Source: Gemmatimonadota bacterium
Lineage (GTDB): Bacteria > Gemmatimonadota > Gemmatimonadetes > Palauibacterales > Palauibacteraceae
DNA length: 64,000 nucleotides
Direction of reading: 5' to 3'
Assembly: GCA_963666735.1 (NCBI GenBank)
Contig: OY762926.1
Location: forward strand, 1,312,001 to 1,376,000
The position numbers were made by a program, and so were the translations under genes. Positions 1 through 9,384 of the stretch are shown piece by piece. The stretch's first letter is position 1. The number at the start of each line of letters is the position of its first letter. The notes under the pieces are model-generated. The model made no database searches. It was given only the letters and a program-made list of their open reading frames with translations, and was not told the DNA's origin.

Positions 1-196
1 TGCCGTCGGGCAACCACACGTCGACGGCAATGCGGACGCCGTCCCGCATGGGGACGTGGAGCGCCTGGTTGCGCGTGAGCGCGCTCACGGGGGCCTCACC
101 CGCGCTATCGCCGGGAGTGGAAACGCCGTCCCCGCAGGCCAGCCCGGCCAGTGCCGCCAGCCCCACCGCTACGGAGGAGGGCCGCCCCAGGCTCAC
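1..196 (-). CDS. CocE/NonD-family hydrolase lipoprotein, 5' part (runs off the window)
   Basis: Hand translation: GTG overlaps the stop of the upstream gene. VSLGRPSSVAVGLAALAGLAC (lipobox) ... HVPMRDGVRIAVDVWLP is the typical N-terminal CocE/NonD motif. Not in the ORF track. Confidence 0.75.
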   Translation of the reverse strand, partial: MSLGRPSSVAVGLAALAGLACGDGVSTPGDSAGEAPVSALTRNQALHVPMRDGVRIAVDVWLPDG

Positions 197-1932
197 CAGG
201 CGATCGCGTGGCCGTCGCGGCGCGGATCGGACCCGCCCGCCAGAGCGCCCGTCTCCGCGTCCCGGTACACCCCCTGTACGCCGCCGAGATTGCCGGGCTC
301 CACCAGGTTGTGCCCTCGATCGGCGAGCTCTCCGTACACCTCCGGTGGGAAGCCCGCCTCCAGGTACGTGACCGAGTCCTCCGGAATCGGCGTCAGGCCG
401 CCGCCCCGGTTGAGGCACATCCGGGGTGACGCAATCGCAAGCTGCATGTCCATCCTGCCTGCCGTCAGCTTCGTGATCACCTGCCCGACCGTCTGCGGGA
501 TCGTGTAGCCGCCGGCGGCACCGACCGCCGCGACGAGATTCCCGTCCTTCATGACCACGCACGGCGTCATCACGCCCTTCGCCTTCTGCCCTCCCGCGAT
601 GTAGTTGACATGCCCTTCCTCGAGGGAGAAGCCGAACATGTGGCCGTTGTTCAGGAAGATCCCCGTGTCGCCCGCGATCACACCGCTCCCGTAGAGGGCG
701 ACGAGCGACTGCGTGAAGGCGACGGCGTTCCCCCAGCGGTCGGCGGAGGAGAGGCTCGTCGTCCCGAAGAACGGGAGCGGGGCGCCCGAGAAAGAGGCGA
801 TGCGGCCGGGATCGATCGTCCCCCGCTGCTCGTCCGCGTATTCCTTCGAGATGATCATGTCGACCGGGATCTCCGCGTCTTCGTTCCCCGTGTTGTACCG
901 TTCGTCATCGATCAGGGCGAGCCGGTTCGCCTCGAGCCACAGGTGGGCGAACTCGGAGCTGTAGAGGTCCATGTTCGCGAGGTCGAAGCCGTCCATGATG
1001 TTGAGCGCCTGGAACATCGTCATCCCGCACGATCCCGGCGGCATGGCGTACAGGTCGTGTCCCTGGAAGGTCGTCGCGATGGGCTCTCGCCACGCGACCT
1101 CGTATCCCTCGAGATCGGCCTTTGTCATGTGGCCGCCGTTCTCGGCGAGGAAGGCGACGATGCGGTCTCCGATCTCGCCCTTGTAGAGGTCGTCGGCGCC
1201 TTCGCGCGCGAGCCGACGCATGCTGGCGGCGAGTTCGGGCTGCTTGATGATCTCGCCCATCCGCGGCGGACGGCCGTTCGGGAACATGATCCGTGTGCTC
1301 GACGGGTAGTGCCCGAGCTTGTCCGCGCTCCCGGTGGTGTGGAGTTCATCGAACTTCGAGATGACGAAGCCGTCCTCGGCGAGCTGGATTGCGGGTTCGA
1401 ACACGTCGCCGAGGCTCATCGTCCCGTAACGCTCGAGCACGGCGGCCCAGCCCTTGAAGGCGCCGGGCACGATCGGCGCCCTGTAGCCCATCTCGACATC
1501 ATCCGGCGTGATCGTGCTCGCCGAAGATGCCGCGGGCGCCCGTCCGAGCGCGTCCAGGCCGACGACCCGGTTCTCCTCCGCCAGGTAGATGAGCATGAAG
1601 CCGCCGAAGCCGCCGAGCCCGGACATGTAGGGCTCGGAGACGTTGAGCGTGGCGGAAGCGGCGACGATGGCGTCGATCGCGTTCCCGCCCTGCATCATGA
1701 TCGTCGTGCCGGCGAGCGAGGCGTAGTAGTCGGCGGCGGCGGTCACACCGCGGCGACCCCACACGGTCCCGTGCGCGGGGCCGAGCAGACCGGGGACGTT
1801 CGAATCGCCCGCCGGGCCCCATTGTCCGATCCCGTCCGGGGGCGCGGCGGCCGTCTCGGGGGCGCGGCAAGCGATCAGACCGGATCCGGCGGCGGCCGCG
1901 GCGGAGGTGGCGAGGAAGTCTCGGCGTCTCAT
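193..1932 (-). CDS. ggt: Gamma-glutamyltransferase-family Ntn hydrolase, Tat lipoprotein (copy 1)
   Basis: MRRRDFL Tat motif, LIAC lipobox, GGNAIDA, nucleophile segment GTTSLSSADRWGNAV, C-terminal [17 protein letters not shown] upstream of ATG 1932. Confidence 0.9.
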   Translation of the reverse strand: MRRRDFLATSAAAAAGSGLIACRAPETAAAPPDGIGQWGPAGDSNVPGLLGPAHGTVWGRRGVTAAADYYASLAGTTIMMQGGNAIDAIVAASATLNVSEPYMSGLGGFGGFMLIYLAEENRVVGLDALGRAPAASSASTITPDDVEMGYRAPIVPGAFKGWAAVLERYGTMSLGDVFEPAIQLAEDGFVISKFDELHTTGSADKLGHYPSSTRIMFPNGRPPRMGEIIKQPELAASMRRLAREGADDLYKGEIGDRIVAFLAENGGHMTKADLEGYEVAWREPIATTFQGHDLYAMPPGSCGMTMFQALNIMDGFDLANMDLYSSEFAHLWLEANRLALIDDERYNTGNEDAEIPVDMIISKEYADEQRGTIDPGRIASFSGAPLPFFGTTSLSSADRWGNAVAFTQSLVALYGSGVIAGDTGIFLNNGHMFGFSLEEGHVNYIAGGQKAKGVMTPCVVMKDGNLVAAVGAAGGYTIPQTVGQVITKLTAGRMDMQLAIASPRMCLNRGGGLTPIPEDSVTYLEAGFPPEVYGELADRGHNLVEPGNLGGVQGVYRDAETGALAGGSDPRRDGHAIAW

Positions 1933-1969
1933 GGGACGGCTCCTGGGCAGGGGGGATCGCGCGACCCTC

Positions 1970-1999
1970 ATCCTAGACTCCGAGTTGCCCACCGCTCAA
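1970..1999 (-). promoter_or_regulatory. Sigma70-like promoter of ggt copy 1 (TTGAGC-N18-TAGGAT)
   Basis: Hexamers and spacer length are conserved upstream of all three paralogs while the spacer sequence has diverged. Confidence 0.7.
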
Positions 2000-2022
2000 G
2001 ACCCTTGTTGGCGCCCGGCCGG

Positions 2023-2062
2023 CGCATCGGCGGCACACCCTCCCGAGCGCGCCGCCGATGCG
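2023..2062 (-). terminator. GC-rich hairpin downstream of ggt copy 2
   Basis: CGCATCGGCGGC / GCCGCCGATGCG 12-bp stem; no strong U-tract. Confidence 0.45.
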
Positions 2063-2075
2063 TCGGGTGAGAGCC

Positions 2076-3818
2076 CTACCAGGCGATGGCGTGACCATCC
2101 CGCCGTGGGTCGGACCCGCCGGCCAGGGCGCCGGTCTCGGCATCGCGGTACACGCCCTGCACGCCGCCCGGGTTTCCGGGCTCGGCCAGGTGGTGGCCGC
2201 GGTCCTCGAGTTCGCCGTACACCTCGGGCGGGAAGCCCGCCTCCAGGTACGTGACCGAGTCCTCCGGGATCGGCGTTCGCCCCCCGCCCCGGTTGAGGCA
2301 CATGCGCGGCGAGGCGATCGCGAGCTGTATGTCCATTCCGCCCGTCGTCAGCTTGGTGATCACCTGCCCCACCGTCTGCGGGATCGTGTAACCGCCCGCG
2401 GCGCCTACCGCGGCGACGAGGTTGCCGTCCTTCATCACGACGCACGGCGTCATGACGCCCTTCGCCTTCTGGCCGCCTTCGAGGTGATTGACGTGCCCCT
2501 CCTCGAGGACGAAGCCGAAGGTGTGGCCGTTGTTGAGGAAGATCCCGGTGTCGCCGGCGATCACCCCGCTGCCGTAGCCGCTCACGAGCGACTGCGTGAA
2601 GGCGACCGCGTTCCCCCAACGATCGGCGGACGAGAGGCTCGTCGTGCCGAAGAAGGGGAGCGGGGCCCCGGAGAAGGAGGCGATGCGGGCGGGGTCGATC
2701 GTCGCCCGCTGCTCATCCGCGTATTCCTTGGAGATGATCATGTCGACGGGAATCTCGACATCTTCCTTCCCAGTGTTGTAGCGGTCGTCGTCGATGAGGG
2801 CGAGCCGGTACGCCTCGAGCCAGAGGTGCGCGAACTCCGAACTGTAGAGGTCCATGTTCGCGAGGTCGAAACCGTCCATGATGTTGAGCGCCTGGAACAT
2901 CGACATTCCGCACGAGCCAGGCGGCATCGCGTACAGGTCGTGCCCCTGGAAGGTCGTCGTGATCGGTTCCTTCCACGCGACGTCGTACGACTCCAGGTCG
3001 CCCATCGTCATGTGGCCCCCGTTCTCGGCGAGGAAGGAGACGACGCGCTCGCCGATCTCCCCCCTGTAGAAGTCCTCCGCGCCTTCGCGGGCGAGGCGGC
3101 GCATGCTCGCGGCGAGGTCGGGTTGCCGGATGATCTCGCCCATGCGAGGGGGGCGGCCGTTCGGGAACATCACGCGGGTGGTCGACGGGAACTGTCCCAG
3201 CTTCTCGGCAGCGGCGCCGTTCGTGTGGATCTCGTCGAAGCGCGAGACGACGAACCCGTCCTCGGCGAGGCGGATCGCGGGCTCGAATACGTCGCCCAAG
3301 CTCATCGTCCCGTAGCGTTCGAGGGCGGCGGCCCAGCCCTTGAAGGCGCCGGGCACGATGGGCGCCTTGTAGCCCGCGGCGAAATCGTCGAGCGTCATCG
3401 TCGCCGGAGACGAGGCAGCAGGCGACTTGCCGAGCGCGTCGAGTCCGACGACCCGGTTCTCCTCGGCGAGGTAGATGAGCATGAAGCCGCCGAAGCCCCC
3501 GATGCCGGACATGTAGGGCTCGGAGACGTTGAGCATGGCCGACGCGGCCACGATGGCGTCCACGGCATTTCCGCCCTGCATCATGATCGTCGTGCCGGCA
3601 AGCGAGGCGTAGTAGTCGGCGGCGGCCGTCACGCCCCGCGCCCCCCACACGGCCCGGTGCGCGGGTCCGAGCAGGCCCGGGACGTTCGAATCTCCGGCCG
3701 GGCCCCATTGCCCACCGCCGGAAGTGGCCGGGCCGGCGGTCTCGGGAGGCCGGCATCCGATGAGACTGGATCCGGCGGCTGCGGCGGCGGAGGTGGCGAG
3801 GAAGTCTCGGCGTCTCAT
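2076..3818 (-). CDS. ggt: Gamma-glutamyltransferase-family Ntn hydrolase, Tat lipoprotein (copy 2)
   Basis: Same motifs as copy 1; LIGC lipobox. Confidence 0.9.
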   Translation of the reverse strand: MRRRDFLATSAAAAAGSSLIGCRPPETAGPATSGGGQWGPAGDSNVPGLLGPAHRAVWGARGVTAAADYYASLAGTTIMMQGGNAVDAIVAASAMLNVSEPYMSGIGGFGGFMLIYLAEENRVVGLDALGKSPAASSPATMTLDDFAAGYKAPIVPGAFKGWAAALERYGTMSLGDVFEPAIRLAEDGFVVSRFDEIHTNGAAAEKLGQFPSTTRVMFPNGRPPRMGEIIRQPDLAASMRRLAREGAEDFYRGEIGERVVSFLAENGGHMTMGDLESYDVAWKEPITTTFQGHDLYAMPPGSCGMSMFQALNIMDGFDLANMDLYSSEFAHLWLEAYRLALIDDDRYNTGKEDVEIPVDMIISKEYADEQRATIDPARIASFSGAPLPFFGTTSLSSADRWGNAVAFTQSLVSGYGSGVIAGDTGIFLNNGHTFGFVLEEGHVNHLEGGQKAKGVMTPCVVMKDGNLVAAVGAAGGYTIPQTVGQVITKLTTGGMDIQLAIASPRMCLNRGGGRTPIPEDSVTYLEAGFPPEVYGELEDRGHHLAEPGNPGGVQGVYRDAETGALAGGSDPRRDGHAIAW

Positions 3819-3854
3819 GGGACAGCTCCTGGGCAGGGGGGATCGCAGACTCTG

Positions 3855-3884
3855 ATCCTAGGTTGCGGATCGCTCGCCGCTCAA
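3855..3884 (-). promoter_or_regulatory. Sigma70-like promoter of ggt copy 2 (TTGAGC-N18-TAGGAT)
   Basis: Conserved across paralogs. Confidence 0.7.
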
Positions 3885-3985
3885 GACCCGGCACACGGCG
3901 ACGGGAACCCGTGCAATAACCGCAGGACTCCCGCCTATGGACTATCGTAGACGGCATCCAGCTCATTCTTCCAGGATATCAAAAC

Positions 3986-5515
3986 GTGCTCGACCCCATC
4001 ACATCCAACCCGAGCCACCCCGACGGTTCGGTCATCGCCGCCCTCCGGGGCCTTCAGGGACGCGCCACCGTAGGCGATGTCGTCTCCGCCACCGGATTGC
4101 CGGACCACGAGGCCGAGGTCGCCCTGAGGTCCCTCCTGGAGACGCACCGCGGCCACCTCGAGGTCTCCGATTCGGGCGACCTCCTCTACCGGTTCGATCC
4201 CACGCTCATCGAACGGGACGCGGAACCGTTCCGGGCGCGCTTCCGCAGAGTCGCCTGGTCGGCCTTCCAGGTCGGCTTCAAGATCTGGACGGCCGTCATG
4301 CTGGTCGTCTACTTCGTCATCTTCGTCCTGATTCTGATCGCGCTGATGACCGCCAACCGCGACGGACGCGGCTCCGGCGGGCGCAGGGGCTTCAGCCTGG
4401 GGGACTTCTTCATCCTCCACTGGCTTCTCGGGGGCCGCGGGTGGGACCGGAGGGGCCTCTACTACGGCGACCGCCACGCCAGGCGGCTCCCGAAGGACGC
4501 CCGGCCGCCGTTCTACAAGAAGGTCTTCGCCTTCATCTTCGGCCCCGAGGAGCCCAGGCCGACGCAGCTCCAGAAGGATCGTACGGTTGTCCAGTTGATC
4601 CGGGCGCGGAAGGGCGTCCTGACGTCGTCGGAGTTGATCGAGCACACCGGCCTGCCGGTCGACGCCGCCGTCGAAGAAATGGGACGCCTCACCGGTGCCT
4701 ACGGAGGCGACCCGCGGGTGTCGGACGCGGGCGAGGTCGTGTACGCCTTCCCCGAGCTGATGAGAAGCGCCCACGGAGAGGTCCGCGCACGAGAGCCCGA
4801 ACCGGCATGGATGCGGTTGGAGTACCCAAGAAAGCTGACGGGCAACAGCGGCGGGGCCAACGTCGGCATCGGCGCCATGAACGGCTTCAACCTGGCGATG
4901 GCGAGCGTGATCGGGCTGCCCTCCTCGTTCGATCCGGTCACCTTCTACGGGCTGGGCGTCGTGCCGTTCACCTACAGCAGCCTCTTCTTCGCAATCCCCA
5001 TCGTCCGCTCGTTGACCCTGGCCGGGGAGAACCGCGCGCGTATGCGGCGCAACGTGCGGCGCCTGCTCGTGGGCCTGGTCTACTCCCGCAGCGTCGGGAC
5101 CGGTCAGTGGGTCGCAGCTGGCGACGCGATCCGCCACGTGACGCGCGCGCTCGATGGCCAGCAGGCGCCGCCGAAGATGATCCTGGCGGAGCTGGAACGC
5201 CTGGCGGCCGAGTTCGACGCGGAAGTGGAGGCGGAGGACGAAGGGTTCAGGTATCGTTTCCCCGCGATACGCGAGACCTTCGTCGAGGCGGAACTCATGC
5301 GGCGCCGGCTGAAGCTCCAGGATCAGCGTCTCGGCCGCATCGTCTACGCAACCTCCGACACCGCCGCGGAGGCCTCACGACGAGATCTGGCCGCCTTCGA
5401 CCGCGAACTCGAAGGTGCCCAACTCGACCTCTCCCGCTACCTCCCCTCCCACACCCGGGTAGGCTACGAGGAAGATTTCGAGGTGGTCATGGATCCGGAC
5501 CCGGCGAGGACGTAG
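3986..5515 (+). CDS. Conserved hypothetical membrane protein with repeated winged-helix-like units
   Basis: 509 aa with hydrophobic segments and three related motifs: GHLEVSDSGDLLYRF, GDPRVSDAGEVVYAFPE, AEVEAEDEGFRYRFP. Confidence 0.75.
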   Translation: MLDPITSNPSHPDGSVIAALRGLQGRATVGDVVSATGLPDHEAEVALRSLLETHRGHLEVSDSGDLLYRFDPTLIERDAEPFRARFRRVAWSAFQVGFKIWTAVMLVVYFVIFVLILIALMTANRDGRGSGGRRGFSLGDFFILHWLLGGRGWDRRGLYYGDRHARRLPKDARPPFYKKVFAFIFGPEEPRPTQLQKDRTVVQLIRARKGVLTSSELIEHTGLPVDAAVEEMGRLTGAYGGDPRVSDAGEVVYAFPELMRSAHGEVRAREPEPAWMRLEYPRKLTGNSGGANVGIGAMNGFNLAMASVIGLPSSFDPVTFYGLGVVPFTYSSLFFAIPIVRSLTLAGENRARMRRNVRRLLVGLVYSRSVGTGQWVAAGDAIRHVTRALDGQQAPPKMILAELERLAAEFDAEVEAEDEGFRYRFPAIRETFVEAELMRRRLKLQDQRLGRIVYATSDTAAEASRRDLAAFDRELEGAQLDLSRYLPSHTRVGYEEDFEVVMDPDPART

Positions 5516-5519
5516 AGGA

Positions 5520-7259
5520 CTACCAGGCGATGGCGTGGCCGTCGCGTCTCGGGTCCGACCCGCCGGAGAGGGCGCCCGTCCCCGCGTCGCGATGCACCGC
5601 CTGCACGCCCCCCAGGTTGCCGGGCTCCGCAAGGTAGTGGCCGCGGTCCGCCAACTCCTCGTAGACCTCGGACGGGAACCCGGCCTCGAGATAGGTGACG
5701 GAGTCCTCCGGGATCGGCGTCCGGCCGCCGCCCCGGTTCACGCACATGCGCGGCGAGGCGATCGCGAGCTGCATGTCCATGCCGGCCACCGCGAGCTTCG
5801 TGATCACCTGGCCGACCGTCTGCGGGATCGTATAGCCGCCCTGGGCCCCGACGGCCGCGAACAGGTCTCCGCCCCTCATCATGATGCAGGGCGTCATCAC
5901 GCCCTTCGCCCGCTTGCCGCCCTCGAGGTGGTTCACATGACCCTCTTCGAGCACGAAACCGAACATGTGGCCGTTGTTGAGGAAGATCCCGGTGTCCCCG
6001 GCGATCACGCCGCTCCCGTACGCGTTGACGAGCGATTGCGTGAAGGCGGCCGCGTTCCCCCACCGGTCGACGGTGGAGAGGCTCGTCGTCCCGAAGAACG
6101 GAAGCGGGGCCCCGGAGAAGGAGGCGACGCGCATCGGATCGATTTTCGCGCGCTGCTCGTCCGCGTACTCTCGCGAGATGATCCTGTCGACGGGGATATC
6201 CACGTCTTCCTTCCCGGTGTTGTACCGGTCATCGTCGGCGAGGGCGAGCTTGAACGCCTCCAGCCACAGGTGCACGAACTCCGAGCCGTACAGATCCATG
6301 TTCGCGAGGTCGAACCCATCCATGATGTTGAGCGCCTGGAACATCGACATCCCGCACGAACCCGGCGGCATGGCATGCAGGTCGTATCCCTGGAAGGTCG
6401 TCCTGATCGGCTCTCTCCACTCGACCTCATACGACTCCAGATCCGCCTTCGTCAGGTGGCCGCCGTTCCCGGCCAGGAAGGCGACGATGCGGTCGGCGAG
6501 TTCGCCCTTGTAGAGGTCGTCGGCCCCGGCGCTGGCGAGGTGTCGCATGCTGGCCGCGAGATCCGGCTGCTTGATGATCTCGCCCATGCGGGGCGGGCGC
6601 CCGTTGGGGAAGAACACGCGCGTCGTCGACGGGTATCGGCTCAGCTTGTCCGCACTCGACGCCGTGTAGCGCTCGTCGAACTTCGAGATCACGAAGCCGT
6701 CCTCGGCAAGCTGGATCGCGGGCTCGAACAGGTCGCCGAGACTCATCGTGCCGTAGCGCTCCAGGGCGGCGGCCCACCCCTTGAAGGCCCCGGGCACGAT
6801 CGGCGCCTTGTAGCCCATGGCGAAGTCGTCGAGCGTCATCGTCTCCGGCGACGAGGCGGCGGGCGACTTGCCGAGCGCGTCGAGACCGACGACGCGGTTC
6901 TCCCCGGCCAGGTAGATGAGCATGTAGCCGCCGAAGCCCCCGATGCCGGACATGTAGGGATCCGACACGTTCAGCGTGGCGCACGCGGCGACCATCGCGT
7001 CGATCGCGTTCCCGCCCCGCATCATGGTCTGCGTGCCCGCGAGCGACGCGTAGTAGTCGGAGCAGGCCGTCACCCCCGTGCGGCCCCACACGGTCCCGTG
7101 CGCGGGGCCGGCCAGACCGGGCACATGCGAGTAATCGCCCGACCCCCACTGCCCGGAAGTGACGGGCGGCGCGGCGGCGGTCTCGGGAGGGCGGCAAGCG
7201 ACGAGGCTCGATCCGGCGGCGGCCGCGGCGGACGCGGCGAGGAAGTCTCGGCGTTTCAT
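5520..7259 (-). CDS. ggt: Gamma-glutamyltransferase-family Ntn hydrolase, Tat lipoprotein (copy 3)
   Basis: MKRRDFL Tat motif, LVAC lipobox, GTTSLSTVDRWGN. Confidence 0.9.
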   Translation of the reverse strand: MKRRDFLAASAAAAAGSSLVACRPPETAAAPPVTSGQWGSGDYSHVPGLAGPAHGTVWGRTGVTACSDYYASLAGTQTMMRGGNAIDAMVAACATLNVSDPYMSGIGGFGGYMLIYLAGENRVVGLDALGKSPAASSPETMTLDDFAMGYKAPIVPGAFKGWAAALERYGTMSLGDLFEPAIQLAEDGFVISKFDERYTASSADKLSRYPSTTRVFFPNGRPPRMGEIIKQPDLAASMRHLASAGADDLYKGELADRIVAFLAGNGGHLTKADLESYEVEWREPIRTTFQGYDLHAMPPGSCGMSMFQALNIMDGFDLANMDLYGSEFVHLWLEAFKLALADDDRYNTGKEDVDIPVDRIISREYADEQRAKIDPMRVASFSGAPLPFFGTTSLSTVDRWGNAAAFTQSLVNAYGSGVIAGDTGIFLNNGHMFGFVLEEGHVNHLEGGKRAKGVMTPCIMMRGGDLFAAVGAQGGYTIPQTVGQVITKLAVAGMDMQLAIASPRMCVNRGGGRTPIPEDSVTYLEAGFPSEVYEELADRGHYLAEPGNLGGVQAVHRDAGTGALSGGSDPRRDGHAIAW

Positions 7260-7293
7260 CGGACGGCTCCTGGCAGGGGGATCGCAGACTTCG

Positions 7294-7323
7294 ATCCTAG
7301 ATCCGGGCCTGCCGATCGTTCAA
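7294..7323 (-). promoter_or_regulatory. Sigma70-like promoter of ggt copy 3 (TTGAAC-N18-TAGGAT)
   Basis: Conserved across paralogs. Confidence 0.7.
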
Positions 7324-7328
7324 GGCAC

Positions 7329-7610
7329 TTAGAGCTTCAGGTCGCCGCCGGGATCGCGGCGTCTCAGGCGCTCCAGCACCTCTTCGGCCGCCCGCATCCG
7401 GGAGCGGCGCGCCTCCTCGTCCAATACGGCCGCCGCCCACTCCGGCCGCCCGTCCTGCTCCGGCGCCCGCAGCACGGACCCTTCACGGCTTCCGGGGGGC
7501 AGCACGCTGGTGGGCACATCCTCGGTATGCTCGTCCTCGTCGCGTATGAGCAGGGCGATCGAGCCCTCCACCCGGTCGACGACCCAGAGACGCTCCCTAC
7601 GCTCGTTCAA
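7329..7610 (-). CDS. DUF3006-like small protein
   Basis: TTG start overlaps the upstream stop (TTGA). WVVDRVEGSIALL...LPPGSREGSVL pattern; this family commonly follows ComEC-like MBL genes. Confidence 0.7.
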   Translation of the reverse strand: MNERRERLWVVDRVEGSIALLIRDEDEHTEDVPTSVLPPGSREGSVLRAPEQDGRPEWAAAVLDEEARRSRMRAAEEVLERLRRRDPGGDLKL

Positions 7611-8977
7611 TAGTCGAACACGACCACGACCGCTCCCGTGCCGTCGTAGAGCGTCGCGGTGTCGCCGTTGTTGTTCCACACGGCCTGCCGCCGGCCCATG
7701 TAGTAGCGGGCGCCATCGGCGCGTCCGGAACCCGTGTGCACAACGAGTTGTTCGCCGGCCCCGAGTACGGCGCCCGCCGGGAACCGGAAGCATTGGTTGG
7801 CCCGGTCGCACAGCGACCAGCCGCCGATCGGCCGGTCGCCGGACTCGAGGCTTCGGATCACGGCGTACTCCCCGTTCGGATTCTCGTGATCGTTGCCGGG
7901 CGCATCGGCGTGTACCCGGAGTTGGAGCCGCACATCGCCGGGTCCGGCGGGAGGATCCATCGGCGCCGGAGCCGCCACGGGCGGGCGCCCGCGCGGGCCG
8001 TCCCCCGCCCCGCCGCGCAGCGCGACCTCCCCGCCGAACGACACGTCGTAGTCGCCGCTCTCGCGCCCCCGCACCGACACATGGCCGTGCCGATCCGTGC
8101 GGAACACGGTGGCCCCGGACGCCTCGTAGGCCCGGAGGGCGGCCGGCCGCGGGTGCCCGTAGCCGTTGTTGCGTCCCACCGAGATGACGACGACCCGAGG
8201 TCTGGCGGCGTTCAGAAACTCCCATGTGAAGCCGTTGTCGCTGCCGTGGTGCGGCGCCTTGAGCAGCGTCGCCCCGGTGACGGCCCCCCGGTTCACCAGG
8301 TGCGTGAGCTGCCGCACTTCGGAATCGCCGCTCAGGAAAGCCCGGAACTCTCCGAACCGCACGAGCAGACTCACCGAGCGGTCGTTGTGTTCCGTGGTTC
8401 CGCGAGGAAGCAGCGGCAGGACGTCGATCTCGACTTCTCCGAGCGCAAGCGTCCGCGGCGAGGCTTCCAGGTAGGTGATCTCCGGACGCGCCTCGAGGGC
8501 GGCGAGCAGCCGCCGGTAGGTCTGCGTCGCGTGCGGCTCGCCGTTGTCCATGTAGAACCGGACCGGGAACGCCGCGATGACGCCGGCCATGCCGCCAATG
8601 TGATCTGCATGCGGGTGGGTCGCGACGAGCAGATCGATCTCGGTCACGCCGAACCGGCGCAGGAGCGAAACGATGTCGCCTCGTCCCGCGTCCACGAGCG
8701 CCGTCCGGCCATCCGCCGTCTGGATGAGGACCGCATCGGCCTGTCCGACGTCGAGAAACGTGATGCGCAGCACGGAGTCCGCCGCCTCTTCGGACAGCGA
8801 CGCGACCGCACCGGCGAGTGGTGTCTCAAGGCCGGCGGCTGCCTCGTACGCGGGGGCGGATGCCGCAGAAACGGTGACCGAGGCACAAACCGCCAGAAAG
8901 ACCGCAGCCACCGCGCCGACCCTCGCGACGCGCCCGATCACCTGCGCTACACCGTCTCGAATTATCCCGCGCGACAT
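7607..8977 (-). CDS. Secreted ComEC/Rec2-like metallo-beta-lactamase-fold nuclease with C-terminal lamin-tail-like domain
   Basis: Signal peptide, FLDVGQAD, HPHADHIGG, KAPHHGS, GYGHP; C-terminal NGEY...WNNNGDTATL domain. Confidence 0.85.
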   Translation of the reverse strand: MSRGIIRDGVAQVIGRVARVGAVAAVFLAVCASVTVSAASAPAYEAAAGLETPLAGAVASLSEEAADSVLRITFLDVGQADAVLIQTADGRTALVDAGRGDIVSLLRRFGVTEIDLLVATHPHADHIGGMAGVIAAFPVRFYMDNGEPHATQTYRRLLAALEARPEITYLEASPRTLALGEVEIDVLPLLPRGTTEHNDRSVSLLVRFGEFRAFLSGDSEVRQLTHLVNRGAVTGATLLKAPHHGSDNGFTWEFLNAARPRVVVISVGRNNGYGHPRPAALRAYEASGATVFRTDRHGHVSVRGRESGDYDVSFGGEVALRGGAGDGPRGRPPVAAPAPMDPPAGPGDVRLQLRVHADAPGNDHENPNGEYAVIRSLESGDRPIGGWSLCDRANQCFRFPAGAVLGAGEQLVVHTGSGRADGARYYMGRRQAVWNNNGDTATLYDGTGAVVVVFDY

Positions 8978-9187
8978 GACTCACCTACATGACGCCCCCA
9001 ACGCGATGTCGCAAGAACCTCGCCGCAGTCTCATCGGACAGGGACGATCTCATCCGAGGGTTCCAGAGCGGCGTCACGTGAAGGCATTTCGGATGTTCAG
9101 CACGGGCACGGGGCGGCACAGCTCACTGAGACAGGGTGCCTTCGATCCGCTCGCTGCGATGCACGCCTCAGCACGCGACGTTTTCGC

Positions 9188-9216
9188 TTGACCACCACAT
9201 GTTGTGTAGCTATCAT
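9188..9216 (+). promoter_or_regulatory. Sigma70 promoter of the CBASS operon (TTGACC-N17-TATCAT)
   Basis: -35 at 9188-9193, -10 at 9211-9216, each 5/6 match to consensus, optimal spacing. Confidence 0.75.
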
Positions 9217-9239
9217 TTTCGGTCCACCAGATGTTGTGG
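9192..9239. promoter_or_regulatory. Tandem NrdR-box-like operators
   Basis: CCACCACATGTTGTGT (9192-9207) and CCACCAGATGTTGTGG (9224-9239) match the conserved positions of acaCwAtATaTwGtgt; start-to-start distance 32 bp. Confidence 0.7.
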
Positions 9240-9384
9240 GGGGCAGTGATATCGTCTGGAACGAAGCCGGTAGAAGGAACGCGGGTTCCCCCTCGTTGAA
9301 CCGCAATCCCCTTCAGCGGTTCAGGTCCCAGTTTTTCTTGGTCGGGCTGAGGCTACGTGTCAGCCCAAACGAGGAGGTTTGCCA

